This document shows positions 36,297-48,570 of a stretch of DNA of 64,000 nt, piece by piece; within the stretch, counting starts at the first letter, position 1, and every line of letters starts with the position of its first letter. Under the pieces are notes generated by a model that worked only from the letters and a program-made list of their open reading frames with translations, was not told the origin of the DNA and did not search any database. The stretch is from Podarcis gaigeae (Eukaryota), in NCBI GenBank assembly GCA_964106915.2, contig OZ066919.1. One strand, given 5' to 3'. The position numbers and the translations under genes are program-made.

Positions 36297-39200
36297 GTAT
36301 GTCAGATCATTGTATATTTCATTCAAATGCATGTGCTGTTAGTGGCATACCAAGTGACGACTCCCACCGCCCCAAATTTACAGAAGCCGAGGCTGATGCT
36401 TCCATGGATGTTGGGTTTTGAAAAAAATCGAAAAAATCTAGGAAGAGAGCTATTCTTGCATTCAGCTTAGAAGGGTGTCATTGTCTTTACACTTATCTGT
36501 TAATAAATCTGTCACTTATACTCAAATGTGAAGGCTGGGGAGGGTTGGGAAAGGAGAGGGAGAAGGAGAGGGATTAAGAGGGATAATGTAGTTCTCTGTA
36601 GCGATTGTCTAGGTTTGAGAAATTTAACTTTACATCCCCTGGTTTTACAAAATGATCAGATAATCAAAATAGGTCAGATTTAATCCTTACCTACTGTAAT
36701 CTAAGATCACCAGTGAAATAGCTATGATGTGACATACACTGAGAACCATCAAAACAGACGAGGCAGTCCAGCTACCACCTCAATACTACCTACTCCCTAA
36801 CATGCAAGAAGATTTGATTAATATTATCAGTCACCCCCCCCCCCCCCAAAGAAAGGCAGTGATTTGAGCTTCTGGCAAAAGCATCACAATCATTTGGATG
36901 CCATAAGTAATGCAGACATCCAACAGAATCTCACAAGGAAACCACAATATAGTAGTCTGTTTCCTTCAAAATGGGGTATATGCCCAAGTTCTGTGCAGCA
37001 TGTGACATTTGGGTTGTTTAAGGGTTACAAAGCAGCAATCACAACAAAAATCCCATCATTTCCAAGATTGGTAGTTTTGTTTGGAATGCTTACTGAGAAA
37101 GGACTGACAGGAATCTCAAGTTACTTATCTGCAGTAAAAAATTAAGACCTGCATCTACAACTGCCTCATGGTCCTTTAGTGCCTGAGTGCTTCCCTTCCA
37201 AAATCTACCCAACAAACAATACTAAATATTTTAAGTGTTAAACATAATGGTTCTTGCTTTGCCCCAGGCAAAACTAACATGCAATAAAGCTAGCATAAGT
37301 ATGGGGGAAGCCTGATTTAAAAAGACTGCTTTGAAGAGAAAATGTGACACAATCAGATGTGAATTTTACAGCAATATGAAAAATAAAATGCTGATAGCTT
37401 TGTTGAAACATTATAGAAAATATAATTATACAACAATCATACAATTCTAAACAAAGCTCACTCAAAAACTTAGGAGTGTGCATGCCATGGATTTTCACTA
37501 GAGCTGGTTAGGATTTTAAAATTACTACTGACCATTTCCCCCCCCCCCTTCTGTAAAAGTATTAATGCAGATATGTCATGACTGTTATCAGGCCCTGGAT
37601 AATACTGTACACTTATACTCACTTGCTCTGCACAGCCCACCAGATCTAAAGCTTCCCTTCTTATTTGTTCCTTCCATCTAAGAGTAGACTCCCCAAAACT
37701 AAAGAACGTATGACCATCTAGAACATACAAGCCAATATGTTAGCAATTCACTGTGAGCACGAGGAACTGAAACTCAATGAGGCATCCAATATACAAGTTT
37801 TACTCTTCTAAATATAGGCTAGAATCCCAAGAGGCCCATTTGTGAGTGGAAGGCGTGTGCATGTGTGTGCATTTGTGCACGTGTGCATGGGGGGGGGGGA
37901 GCTTATACTATACTTCCACAGCTTTCATCCCCCATCTCATTTCTCCTGACCCTCAGAAGTAGGTATTAGGGGACACCAGGGGCTCTGAAAACAGTGACTG
38001 TGTGATATGGTACACACAGTCCTTTGGTCCCGAGCCATGGACATTTTGTATTTTGCTAAGAACCCAAAATTTTAATCTATACGTATATATGACCTATATG
38101 ATTTAGTGTAACTTTCCAACATCCTGGTGAAAGTATAACGTATTACAGGAGACTGAGCACCATTGCAAGTTATTAAATAATAGCATAACATAATCAAGTT
38201 AATATAACTAAATTATATTAGAACATTCCTTTTTATGAACAGAAATAAAGTTCTGCTTGGATAATTCTAAATGCTTTATTTAATTTGACTTAGAATTACA
38301 TTACCAGAATTCTTTAAACATTTAATAAACTCATCAAATTATAACAGGCTGACATGCTTAGAAAAATGGTGACTGCCAACAACAGAATATTAACTCTATT
38401 TTTTAAAGTGCATTCCTAATAAAAGCTGTGGCTGTTCAAGCAGTGAAACACATCCTAAATATAGAAAAGCTTCACCAAACAGAATCCTTAAGGAGACAAT
38501 ATGCTCTATTAAGAATTGCTAAGGAGAGCTCTCTCATGTGTCCAACACACTTCTTATTTCCATTTCCCTATTGCTCAGTACAACTGAACCAGTCAACAAT
38601 TGTGGCTAAAGTGATTAATCCATTTTTTGATCCAGCAAGGATTCACATAGGGCGATTCATTCAATTTGTTTAAAATCTATCAAAATGTAGTATTTGCATG
38701 GTTGTACTGAGGTCTGCTATTCATAATTCTAACTGCATTGTTACAAATGTATTTTATCCAGTCTTACCCAGAGCCTCAGTTTTAAAGCTACATTTTGTCC
38801 TTTATATGCCCAGAGAATCCTTTTTAATAGTCATTCATAACATAGTTTTTGCTCCAAGGAAAATGGCTTGGAGGACCTTAACATGCAGCTCAGAAACTAT
38901 GCAAGTTTTTGACGGATGCACTGCTACAATTCAAGGCTAAATCCCCCAATTGCTCCTCCTAGTGGTGGCTAATATGATGAGTTTTGTTCAGAAAGACAAC
39001 TAGTACGTCCATCAAGACATTCAAATATTTGCAATGCATTCCATGCTGTACTGAGAGCTTCTTAATTTGGCTGACTGGAAATTAGAGGCACTAATTCCCC
39101 CTTTCATTTAAAATTATGCTATATCTGTTTTACTTTTATGTAATTGTACATTTAAATACACGCTTGTGCCAGCCACCTTCCTTTATAATTTAATGTCATT

Positions 39201-40959
39201 ATCTATTTCAATGTCATTTTTTTTCCAAATTGAAAGATTTACCCTAAAGATGTCTTTACACATGCATAACATCACTAAATTTTGAAAATAAATTAATCCA
39301 AAAACTGGCTGAGAGATAGCAAAGAAATTAAATAATTTACATATTTACATAAAAATGTTCTTTTCATATGAGCCTTCTATCACTGTTCAAAACCCTAAGA
39401 TTTTGAAACAAATTAGAACTAATTGGAAAAAACCCCCACAAATTAATTCATACCATTAAATGAGAGGCTCATTTGTAGGACAGTGTGATCAGGTTTTAAT
39501 ATGCAGTATCATGAAACTGCCATGTTGAATCTGCTCTTGAATATCAATAGGGAATAGCAGGGTGAAATGTATTATAAAGTTGGGGTTATAATCTGTAGCA
39601 TCCAAAAAGTCTGCCAACCATCTTCTAAACTAACACGACCTTACAGTTTTGGGCTCATGAATGAAAGGATCTTGGGGGGAAAGATATTATCTTAACAGAG
39701 TTTATTGATTTCATACTAAGTAAACTATTCTTTCCTTTTTCTTTCTTTCAGTGGGGTTAGAGAGAGGTTAGTTTGGTTTTATATGCACACACATACCCAA
39801 TATCTTAAATGAACTGGAACAGCTATAAGTAACTAAATGGTCCCTTTAAGAACACAACTTATTGACCACAACCAATCAGGTAAATAAAATGGGAAAGGCT
39901 AGAGGGAAAGGCTAAAAGAGGAGTAAAGGTGAATCAGAGTGTTTGGTGTTGGTTGATGCTGAAGGATGCAGCAGTGAGGTAACTGGACCCTGAAAATTAA
40001 TTTTGTCAGGTGCATTGGCACACTGACTTTCTGAACACAGCAGGGACCAATGGAAACAAGCCAAGTAATGTTCTGTAACTAACGGAACGCTGCTACAATC
40101 AACCTTGCACTGTCTGTCCCACGACCAGTCCACGATCATTTTGCATAAAGGACCTCCAACTGCGAGCCATACTACCAACCGCATACCAAATCAGTTTTAA
40201 TTGCTAGCAATAAACCTTCCATCTGGTATCGAGACCTTTACACTTGAGCCTTCCCTTGGAATCTCACAGTGGTTATGCGTTTGATGTACGCTGGTCCAAT
40301 CTGAGTCGCTCATCTTCTTGACCAACTCAGGGCTTGCTTTTAAAATAAAAAATGCCCAGCAAAAGAACTTGTTTTTTTTAACAATAGAACACACCCCAAT
40401 CCTTTTAAGTACTTTATATATACATAAACAATAGCATATACACACATGTGTTTAATAGCATTCATTGGAGTGATTTCACAAAGAAATAAAGTTTGGAAAC
40501 CAGAGGAATAGAAAACCACTTCACACTGAGGGCTTGCTCCTTACCCTTGCAACACTTTTTTTCATATGTAGACAAGCACCAGAATGGCAAACTGGGTAAG
40601 ATGTTGGGATATGGATTTGAAGGTTCAATCATGTGGTTTGGGGTAAAACTTGCCCTCCTATTAAACAGGAGTAAGTAATCAAGACAACTTGGATGCTATG
40701 ACTTGTGAAGCCCCAAGAACATTAAAAGTCTGATGGCGATTACTAATATTAAGATTTGCCTCTTGTCTAGCAGTTTTTCTGACAACGGGAAGGGCAAACT
40801 TTGAAAGCTTGTCTGCTAACCTTCTTTCATTTTTGCAGAGCTGGTGATTCGCTAACAAGCTTTCCACAACAGAAGATGAACACCAAGAAATAGCAGTGGA
40901 TCCGAAAACAAAGCATTTCCTTCAGTCATTCTCACATCCCATTTCTGGATACTTACAAC

Positions 40960-42228
40960 ATGCTTCAGTGGAGAAGGAGGCATTGCTGCTTTGCCAAGAT
41001 GACCTGGAATACCAAGAGGTCCCTGTTTCGCACCCATTTCATTGGCTTACTCTCCCTCGTGTTCCTTTTTGCTATTTTCCTGTTTTTTAATCACCATGAC
41101 TGGCTGCCTGGCAGGGGTGGATTCAAAGAAAACCCTGTGGCTTACACTACACGGGGATTTAGATCAATGAGAGGCGAAACAAACCACAGCTCTTTGAGGA
41201 CCATTTGGAAGGATGCAGGTCCTCAGACCCTCAGGCCGCAGGCGATGGCTAATTCCAACAATACGGAGCTGTCGCCTCAAGGAGTTACTGGTTTAGAGAA
41301 CACACTGAGTGCCAATGGGAGCATTTACAACGTGCGAGGCACTGGACATCCGACGTCATATCACTTTAAGTATATTATCAACGAGCCTGGGAAGTGCCAG
41401 GAGAAAAGCCCCTTTCTAATACTGCTCATAGCTGCAGAACCAGGGCAGGTGGAAGCTCGACAAGCTATAAGGCAAACCTGGGGAAATGAGAGCTTGGCGC
41501 CTGGGATCCAAATTGTTCGGATTTTTTTGCTGGGTTTAAGTGTTAAGCTGAATGGATACCTTCAGAGAGCCATCCTGGAGGAAAGCAGGCAATACCACGA
41601 TATTATCCAACAAGAATACTTAGATACTTACTACAACTTAACCATCAAAACACTGATGGGGATGAACTGGGTGGCAACCTACTGCCCCAATGTCCCCTAC
41701 GTTATGAAAACGGACAGTGACATGTTTGTCAATACAGAGTATTTAATACATAAGCTTCTGAAGCCAGAATTTCCTCTCCGGCACAAATACTTTACGGGCT
41801 ATCTAATGAGGGGGTATGCACCCAATCGGAACAAGGATAGCAAGTGGTATATGCCGCCTGATCTATATCCGAGTGAACGGTACCCTGTATTCTGCTCTGG
41901 GACTGGCTATGTGTTTTCTGGAGATTTAGCGGAAAAAATATTTAAGGTCTCACTGAGTATCAGACGTTTGCACTTAGAGGATGTATATGTGGGCATCTGC
42001 CTTGCCAAGCTGCGAATTGACCCCATGCCCCCACCCAACGAGTTTGTCTTCAATCACTGGCGGGTTTCTTATTCCAGCTGTAAATACAGTCACCTAATTA
42101 CCTCCCATCAGTTCCAGCCTAGTGAACTGATCAAATACTGGAATCATTTACAACAGAATAAGCACAATGCCTGTGCCAACTCAGCAAAAGAAAAAGCGGG
42201 CAAGTATCGGCATCGTAAACTTCACTAG
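40960..42228 (+). CDS. B3GALT2: Beta-1,3-galactosyltransferase 2 (GT31 family, type II Golgi membrane protein), single coding exon, 422 aa
   Basis: Intact ORF. MLQWRRRHCC N-terminus, TM segment FIGLLSLVFLFAIFLFF, GT31 motifs RQAIRQTWG, DTYYNLTIKT, KTDSDMF (DxD), CSGTGYV, EDVYVG. Nested antisense in CDC73 intron 10 as in other amniotes. Confidence 0.98.
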   Translation: MLQWRRRHCCFAKMTWNTKRSLFRTHFIGLLSLVFLFAIFLFFNHHDWLPGRGGFKENPVAYTTRGFRSMRGETNHSSLRTIWKDAGPQTLRPQAMANSNNTELSPQGVTGLENTLSANGSIYNVRGTGHPTSYHFKYIINEPGKCQEKSPFLILLIAAEPGQVEARQAIRQTWGNESLAPGIQIVRIFLLGLSVKLNGYLQRAILEESRQYHDIIQQEYLDTYYNLTIKTLMGMNWVATYCPNVPYVMKTDSDMFVNTEYLIHKLLKPEFPLRHKYFTGYLMRGYAPNRNKDSKWYMPPDLYPSERYPVFCSGTGYVFSGDLAEKIFKVSLSIRRLHLEDVYVGICLAKLRIDPMPPPNEFVFNHWRVSYSSCKYSHLITSHQFQPSELIKYWNHLQQNKHNACANSAKEKAGKYRHRKLH

Positions 42229-45200
42229 AAGGCACCCTCCTCCTAAAAATATTCCATGTGCAATTTGTAAAAAAAATTAAAAAAAATAAAGAGAAAAGGG
42301 AAAAGGCTGAAAGCATGTATAGTGAAAAAAATGTGCTTGAGGGGGACAATATTTAAGACCAAGCACTTAATGATGTTTGAAAATTATTTTTTTAATTTAA
42401 AAGAAAAAAAATCTAACTCTTGGAAATAATATTATGATGGAAGTATTAATCAAGAAGTTTTCAAAATCTGGGAGATTACAGAAAGGTGGTCTCAAGATAT
42501 TTGTGTTAATGTGCAATAATAAGCATGCACAGTTTGGTGGTACAATTGCTATTTTATGTGCCAATAAAATTAACTGCGCAAATATTACACACTATTTTTC
42601 TTTTTTAAGAGAGATTTTCTCCCAATTTTTGCCGTTAATGACTTCTCATTTTGGTATTCAGAATTGTAATGAAAAACATACATGGCAATTTGAAGAAATC
42701 ATGTATCAATGAAATGAAATTCCTTCCACTAGCCTAAGAGTCATTTAACAGAGTACACAGATTTTTCATGTGTAATTTTCTGGGATCAGTAATGCTAACA
42801 CCAGTTTTAAAGAGTCTCTGTGTTTCATATAAATTAATAGTCTTGCTATAAGAAAGCTGGCAAAGTGGGATGCAAAATTTCATAACTTGGTCAAAACTTG
42901 GCTCAAATATGTTAGGACAGAATTACATTTGAGACAAAACCTGTCACTACTAAGAAAACACTGGTACTTTGTCATGTGGCAACATCTTGTGTCATCTTGG
43001 CACTTCATACCTAATTTTTGTCTAATGTTTTAATGAACTGACAAAACAAGGATGGCCAATTTGTACAGACAACAAGAGGAAAATGTCTTGAGCTGAAGGA
43101 CTATTTATACAGATTTAATATGCAAAATACACAACTATTGGCATAAGGTTAAAAATGTTGGGACCTGACGTGTTTCTTGTATGATGCCATTCTTCTATGC
43201 CATTTTCAGTGAAAACAAGGCTCACTCGCCAGTGATTAGCCCTGCTAGTTAAAATTGTGTAGGCGACTCTGTTATGTAAACTCATATTGTTAGTATCAGC
43301 CAAAAGGGTCTGTGCTGATGATCCAACTGGAACCTATAGCATGGAAACAGCCATTAGTGTTCCCACTACTGTGCTTCTGTTTCCAGACATGAGAAACACG
43401 TGTCCAAGACATGAATTAGGGGGATATCCCCTCACATGACCCCTTACACAGTATCTGGAGGGCAGGGAGACTTCTGAGCAAGACAGTATTAACCTGAGGC
43501 TTGCCTGAAGTCAACACTCAATGCCTCAGCTACATTTGAAGACACTGATTTTTACAGACTTCATGATTAACCAAGTATTCCTATTTTAAAAAAAACTACC
43601 AAGCCAACTTTGACATTCCAATGAATTCTACAAATATGATATTTGGTGCCATATTTGGCTGATGTCCCCCAGACTAATTGCAAATATCCCGCAAATTCTT
43701 TACCCTGCACTGTAATTAATTACACATGCTATAGAATGAGGACAAAATACAAGGCATTTTAAAATAAAATCAACATCATCTACCACAGTCCTAGGTTAAT
43801 ATGAATAACTCTCAAAGGCACAAAGCCGTTCATTCTGGGGCGAGGGAGTTAAGATAAAAGTCATAAACTTTCAGTCTAGGATAAGGCTTGAATACAAGCT
43901 GTTACCTAGGTTTATATATAATTCTAAGTCTTAGTTCCGACCCAGGAATGTATGTACATAAAATGGTAGTGTGTACACAAACTGCATATTGTGTTATTAT
44001 CCAATCTGAGTTATGTGTCCTTGCTAGACTGTAGGTAGAAAGGCTCAGCTAGTTTGTAGAATGTTAGGATTGGACAACATTGTACATGCATTTACAGTTT
44101 TCTGGTTCTTCCTCTTCCCCACTGTAAAATAGGCTCTAAATATGGTTCTGCCCACAGAAACCAGGTGTTCCTTCCAGTCACAGAAGAGGCTCCAATGAAG
44201 TGGAGACTTCTGCTGGAGGAACAGGAAGTGATTTTCATTTATTCTCTATAGCCTTATGTCATCTCCAATAGTGTTCCGAAGTGTTTCCCAACTTTCTGGA
44301 GATTTTGAGGCAGTACAGGGGATTCCCAAAGGAAGGGAAATCCAGTGAGGTGTGAAACTCCACTCAGAGGAAGTCTGGATGCAACCCTCCTAGAAGACTG
44401 CTGTCACAACAGGACAAAAGAGGGCAGAAAGGATTGAAAAAGTTGCACTTATTGTATCATAGCTCTTCTGATTAATTAAAATATGCCCATTGCTTTTCTC
44501 AGGGGACTCTCATATGGTTCAATATTGTCTCTCTGCTCACTATCAATCTAGCTACATACGGCTGTATAATTCTTATTACCTGGCACATACAAATTAAAAA
44601 TCACGATTCTGTGCCCGGCCTCAGAGAAAATTGCTTCATTGGTTCTTACTGAACACTTGTGACGGCTGAATGATGAGCTCACTATAAGAAAAATGAGCTG
44701 CAGAGATTTTGAAAACAAAATTTGAAAATGGAGGCATTGATAGTCACTATACCAATGTAGATCTGGATTTTGAGGAGAGCAAAGTTTGGTACTACAATTG
44801 ATTTCTTCACTGACACTCCTCCCCTCCACAACAACACCCAGTCCAAATTCACCTTCATCACAATCCACGGAAGGTGGGCAGAAGGCTGATTTCTAGGTGA
44901 TCTGCAGGAGATGAGCAAGGGTTTCCAAGTTTCAACTGCCTGACAATAGGTAAGGATTTAAAAGCTTCCCTCTCCTCCTAAACAGCTTAAAAAAGAACAC
45001 TGGTGAGGTGGTGGTTGTGGTAGAAAGAGAAACCAGGAGTGGATGGAAGGAACTGGAGAGCTCAATTCTGGTACAAATCATTTAGGTTTGGGCTGGGCAT
45101 GTGCTCAAAGGTGTTCTGGTCCTTAATTCTTAGCAGAGTTTGGACTAGATGATTCTTGTGGTCCCTTCCAACTCTACAATTCTATGTCTGCCTACACCTT

Positions 45201-46259
45201 GGCTTCAGTTGTTGAAACTCAGAGTTCTAGTTAAAACCTAAAGTACATCCTATAGGCTGGAATAAATTAAGGTATTATTTAATGTGTACAAGTGTGATAT
45301 GGCTTAAGTTTCTCAGACAAGAGAACCTATGTGCTAGAAGACAGAAGGGGGAAAAGCAGCATGTGGACAGTTTTTGTTTAAAACGGATAAGTAGCCTACA
45401 TCTGTTGGCCATTGCGATCAAATCGCAGCAAACCAATTTCCCCAGTGAGCAAAGCTACATTTTGCTATTTTCTGAAAGCAAAACTAATTGTACAAAATGA
45501 AAATAGTTTACTTAATAAAACATAGTGAAAAACCAAATGAATATACTTGTTGCAACAATCAAAGCTGATTAAACCCAAAAGAGTTCTTTCAACAAAACAA
45601 TCACAACTAAGTCACAACAAAGTTGCAATATTGTGAAACGATGCAATGGGAAAATTTAAGAGGAAATGGAGAAGGGATAAGACCTTTGCGATATTTACAA
45701 ACATAAAGAAACAGTATAAAATCATTCTTCTCAGTTACTGGTAATTTCATCTTCTGTTTTCAATGGGTTAGACTCAGTTTAAGTTGCATTTAGGTCCCAC
45801 TGAATTTCCATCTTAATTTCATCAGGAACTAGACTCCGTTAACTTAATCTGAATCCAAGCCAATGCCTTTACACAGATGTTGCCTTCACATGCCATATTT
45901 TTAAAAGCTAGGAGCATGTTCTTTAAAACATGAACTTAAATTTGCAGTGCAATTGCAGTTTCAAAATTAACGAAACCTGTGCATCCCTGACAATACATCA
46001 ATGGATTGAACAGCTACTATTCTTTATCTCTTTTATGAACAGCAGGCGTAGTGGAAAAAGCAGCACATAGGCAAGTATGAGGTCATCTGGTCATCTTTTC
46101 TCCCTACCCCAAAGAAATTGGTATGCCATTCCTGTATTTTTGGGTGAGGCATCAAACTTCAGTTCTCTCTCTAGGCACACGCTCACAAACACACAGTTTC
46201 TACTTCTTTGCCTTTTCTTCCACCTTCCTTTGTTCTCCAGATTTTGCCGTTCAAAAAGC

Positions 46260-46500
46260 AAGAGATACACTGGATCAGGCCAAAGGCTCATCTAGTTTAG
46301 CATCCTGTTCTCACAAGCCAATCAGATGCCTAGGGAAGCTTAAAAGCAGGAGAGGAAAACTCTACTCACTTGTGCTGTAACTAGTATTCAGAGGCGTAGG
46401 CGGCCAATACTGGAGGGCAGAACACAACAATCATGGTTAATAGCCACTGAATAGCCTTACCCTCCATGAATTTGTATAACACTCTTTTAAAGACATCCAC
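46260..46500 (-). mobile_element. CR1 LINE 3' end fragment
   Basis: ctggatcaggccaaagg.catctagt..agcatcctgttctcaca...ccctccatgaatttgt; reverse-orientation relative of the 16750 family. Confidence 0.72.
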
Positions 46501-46915
46501 TGTTGTATTTTCAACTTGTTTGTAAACTGGAGGGGGAAGCCTCTTTTAAAAAAAAATAAAAGAACACATTGTTGTGTGAATCAGTTCAGTGAATGGACTT
46601 TTCACTCATTCATGTCACCATTTTAAGAATGGATTCTTCCAATGCACTCTATTCAGGCTGTATTTTATTTACAATGTCTATACACTAAGCCAAACGATCT
46701 GAACTTCTATTCTGCCGTGCTGCTGGGACACCATTTCAAGATAATTCAGTTGCCCTTATTAGGCACAGCAATCCATGACATATGACAACTGGCTATTCTA
46801 TCCATGAGAAATGAACTTGGCATTTGTTTGGAACATGCTTACAGTCAACCAGAATCTGGAACCCTTCAAGAGGTTCCCATCTGGCATGTTCACTGGAAGG
46901 AACACACATGACTAT

Positions 46916-47156
46916 AGTCAAAACAAAAAAAATTCCTTCCAGTAGCACCTTAAAGACCAACTAAGTTAGTTCTTGGTATGAGCTTTCGTGTGCATGCACA
47001 CTTCTTCAGATACACTGAAACAGAAGTTTCCAGACCCCACCTTCTCACTATATAGCTCATACCAAGAACTAACTTAGTTGGTCTTTAAGGTGCTACTGGA
47101 AGGAATTTTTTTTGTTTTGACTATGGCAGACCAACACGGCTACCTATCTGTAACTG
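46916..47156. mobile_element. Short Penelope-like element derivative (inverted pseudo-LTR structure)
   Basis: Perfect 71-bp inverted repeat 46914-46984 / 47054-47124; pLTR-type motifs gtagccgtgttggtctg and gtagcaccttaaagaccaac; 12-bp TSD acacatgactat at 46904-46915 and 47157-47168. Confidence 0.85.
46976..47013 (-). ncRNA. Minimal type I hammerhead ribozyme motif (Penelope-associated)
   Basis: Minus strand reads GUAU-CUGAAGA-A-GUGUGCAUGCACAC-GAAA-GC-UC-AUAC: intact CUGANGA and GAAA boxes, helix II palindrome, helix I GUAU/AUAC, reduced palindromic helix III (AGCU). Confidence 0.72.
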
Positions 47157-47481
47157 ACACATGACTATGTTTGAGGAGGCCTGATTTTTTTTTTAATATA
47201 AAAAACTGGGTTAGTATATGCCATATGCCATTTGAAATACGAAATAAGAAAAGTACATTTTTGAAGTTTTCCACAATGTTTTACGTTAAACTTTAATATT
47301 TCAGCATCTACAAAATTCTTCTCCTTTCAACAAAAAGGCTTGCATTATAAACCTTAAATTTTGCGATTTTAATACTGTTTTTAACTTTCCACAGATTGTT
47401 TTGCGAGTTATGTATTGCAACGAACAACTGACTATGATGTGTAACAACAGTAACCGTAAGAGTAAAACTCATACTTAAGTA

Positions 47482-47646
47482 CCATATTTTTCCATGTATA
47501 AAACTAGGTTTTTTCCTAAAAAATGATGTCACAAATTAGGGGGCGTCTTATACACGAATACATCTCTCCTCATTTTCTTAAATCTGAGTTCCCCAGAATA
47601 GGGGGCGTCTTATACATGGCGGCATCTTATAGACGGAAAAATATGG
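47482..47646. mobile_element. Tc1/mariner-type MITE
   Basis: TIRs ccatatttttccatgtataa / ttatagacggaaaaatatgg; TA at the left end; repeated gggggcgtcttatac motif. Confidence 0.8.
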
Positions 47647-48484
47647 CATATGAGTCACACTTGCTACATAAAATGTACAAGACTTTTCTATGTACTAGAT
47701 CATAGTTTTTCTATTTTCAGCCACTTCTGATTACCTCTCAATATTCTTCATTTCATCAGAGCATTATGCTCTCAGGAGAAAGCGAAGACAAAAACAAAGT
47801 TAATATTCTCAAATTAATTGGAATGTGCAGTTACAACATGTTATTTTAACATAACCTATTATATATGATTGGCCATAAGAGGTGCTAATGTTGAAATCAA
47901 CCCAGTCTGGTTCACTGCAACTCAATAAAAAAACCAAATACATATACTGTAATCAATGAATTATTATTCCAATCTGGGCATCCCAACACTTACTCTCTAC
48001 ATGGAGGCAAGATGTTTTAGGCTAAGAGACATTACACAAATTTATGGGATTAGACTACCAGAATGCCAACGACATAGTTGTTCTTGTCTTTTTCATCCAA
48101 GCCATCACCAATTTAGAGGACATGATAGCTATCTAGAGGTGGGTGAGCTCACTGAAACTGAATCCATAGAAAACAGAAGTAACAAAGAACAGCAGGCCAT
48201 GTGACTCTGGGATGGGTATTCTGGGATGCCCATTATAGAGGAGTATCTAATATCAATGTGTGCCTTACTGTAAGTCAGCTAAGGATATCCTCTACATAGC
48301 ACCAAGTTCAAATAGCAAGCTAGCTTCAATTTATTATTTATTCTTATTCTTATTATTTATTATTCTTGAATTTTACTGCCCACACAAAAGTGGCTTTAAA
48401 AGACCCTAGATACATAGGATGAGAGATAAATCTTAATAAACAAACTTAAGTCTAATAAAATATGCACACACCATATTATTACAC

Positions 48485-48486
<2 letters not shown>

Positions 48487-48519
<33 letters not shown>
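48487..48519. repeat. (AG)n microsatellite
   Basis: Direct reading. Confidence 0.95.
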
Positions 48520-48522
<3 letters not shown>

Positions 48523-48570
48523 AAAATGGATTGGTAGACTTAGTCCATTGCACTCCTTTTTTATTGGATA

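Noticed and set aside
35996-36421. 141-aa unspliced ORF as an independent gene
   Set aside because: No recognisable domain and it crosses a good splice donor; treated as a spliced uORF instead
44660-44900. ATGATGA C-box-like motif suggesting a C/D snoRNA
   Set aside because: No terminal stem or convincingly placed D box, and it is on the strand opposite the CDC73 intron
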